Shown here piece by piece: positions 62,301-64,000 of a DNA stretch of 64,000 nt. Source of the DNA: Takakia lepidozioides. Its lineage: Eukaryota > Plantae > Bryophyta. The position numbers were made by a program, and so were the translations under genes. Under the pieces are notes generated by a model. The model worked only from the letters and a program-made list of their open reading frames with translations. It searched no databases and was not told the origin of the DNA. Positions within the stretch are counted from its first letter, which is position 1, and every line of letters starts with the position of its first letter. The stretch is from positions 5,828,001-5,892,000 of the forward strand of contig CM060734.1 in assembly GCA_030704615.1 (NCBI GenBank). Reading direction: 5' to 3'.

Positions 62301-63618
62301 GAAGAAGAAACCCAAGATGCTCAAACTTCTCTGCCGTTATCACCTGGAAAGACAAGCACAATGTAACACCATCACACTTGTTATTATGCTTATTATGAAA
62401 ATTATGCTTGCCCTGCCGTGATGACAACCGAAGACACAGGCTATCTGCATATATTGCACAGGCTTTAGATCATATCAGCCCGTGTATGGTTTCCCAGGAT
62501 AAGGCGTCCATGTTGTTGAAGCAGCTTTGCCAGCCATATTTATTGCTTATTTAAAATCTGGGACTGTTGATTGTAAGAGGCCATCTTAAGGGTGTAGAAC
62601 AAAATTCTTCTGTGTTATAAAAATAGCGATATAATGTACTCATAAGAGCAAAAGGAGCGAGAGAGAGATAGGTGATTGACCTTCCTCTCTGAATGTTGGC
62701 TATGACATATCACTCAGGGTATAGTCCGATGTTGAATGGGTATCACCTCTTCTGGGTATTAGGATAAAAAGACTTGCGTTGGTTATCAGTAATGTCATAA
62801 TTTCAGAATACAGTTATCAACTATCCTGGGTACCTAAGGAAATTTATCTGTCGGTTATGCATACCGGTTACCAACTCAGATATTGAAAACCCTTTAATAA
62901 CCAGTGCTTCCCAGGGTGGATCAACAATAACATTAGCTCAGAGGGAAAGGGAGAAACTAGAAAATAGAGGGAGTTATCCTGATACCCAGGTTGATACTCT
63001 GAATTTACTACCACAGTTCTCTATTGAGTTGATACCGGGCATCCTACAATGTATCCGGAGAATCTGGGTATCAGGGGGTCCTTTGAAGGTCCTCAATCCC
63101 CATCATGGATAACCAGGTTAATACCTGGGCCAACACTGGTATAGTCTCCGACGGATATAAAACCCTACTGAAGTAGAGTTATTGCCCAACAGCTATTGAA
63201 ATTAACATATTTTCCATACACAACAACTGACAAACAAGTTACAGGGAATTGACTTTTGACTTTCAGCCTAGGACAGACATCATGCTAGAAAAAACAATGT
63301 TAACCAGCACTGCTGAACTCCTAATCTGCTAGAAACTGGCAGAGGAAGAGAGAGGAGATAGCAACGATCAGAGACACGAGAAGGTAAATAGTAGGGCACA
63401 TCAGAACTAGAGGACCTGCCCATATGATTGACCTACAATGCTGCGCCCCTGTTCAGCAGAGACAGATTCCCTACCTTAGCATCACTTTCTTCCTCATGTG
63501 TCGACTCTGCCAACAGACTAAGCAAGTTCAGCAAATGCTTCTGGACATATGCCAGCTGATGAGCCTCCTCCTCTGCTTGGCAAGGCATCGATCGTCGAGC
63601 AAGTGCTGCTGCCCTTGC
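59320..63618 (-). CDS. TBCCD1: TBCC domain-containing protein 1, 3' exons: 63475-63618, 61897-62343, 61594-61698, 61195-61335, 60261-60464, 59961-60059, 59521-59632, 59320-59387; 5' exons outside window
   Basis: All exons GT-AG bounded and in frame: QAEEEAHQLAYVQKHL..., FEHLGFL, VLHCHDSVVYVLAPL...LGAVGK, IANCRECLFYLGVNQRPLILGDNHNLQVAPYNTFY, EWLFASGNIRQLY...*. Confidence 0.93.
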
Positions 63619-64000
63619 CTGCGGCGAGCCAACCCCAAATCACTAACTCCTTCAAAAGAATTGCTTCCGATAGAGTCTTGATTTACGGCATTCTTCTTTG
63701 TACACGACTCTTCGGGAGCAGGTGTCGTCAGTTAGCAGTATAGCACTTGTTTTGACACTTTGCAGCCAAGTGAACTGAGGATTCACAAGTACAAACACAA
63801 ACAAAGAGACCAGCTATATAGCTAACTGCCTGAGGTTTGCTATGTTCCACATACAACTGCAAATAAGATGGCATCTAGTTGCTCAATTGTGTCATCAAAC
63901 CCTAAAGGTAAGCTAGGGTTAGTGGCAGACAGAAACCCACAGGTGGAGAAGATACTCAGTAACCAGAATTACAGGTATATTATTTATCTAACGATATGGG

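Noticed and set aside
62690-63170. GGTAT/ATACC-rich MITE-like segment in a TBCCD1 intron
   Set aside because: Could not define TIRs or a TSD.

Overview
Eukaryotic land-plant DNA, most likely a non-seed plant (inference from the host genes and TE families). Two convergent host genes bracket about 57 kb of nested transposon debris: the last exons of a PP2C phosphatase (PPH1/TAP38-like, + strand, left edge) and eight 3' exons of TBCCD1 (- strand, 59320-63618). The TE block contains Ty3/Gypsy elements and solo LTRs, two hAT elements (one complete, with TIRs and an 8-bp TSD), CACTA TnpD/TnpA remnants with one CACTA terminus, a MULE-like transposase, tRNA-derived SINEs, a satellite and two related palindrome arrays. 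The most striking signal is recurrent TE-borne protein-modification cargo. (i) A TSD-flanked 1451-bp solo LTR carries two intact tandem F-box mini-ORFs, and several LTR-retrotransposon leaders carry F-box-like ORFs upstream of gag. (ii) A ~10-kb unit bounded by palindrome arrays carries a convergent RING-H2 gene with a SIM-like tail (STUbL-like) and a protein kinase missed by the ORF track, separated by a satellite. (iii) A spliced ParB/Srx-like gene lies next to a related palindrome array. These are candidate TE-encoded anti-silencing or host-manipulation modules; their function is inference only. Many ORFs are broken by stops and 1-bp indels, some of which may be long-read errors.
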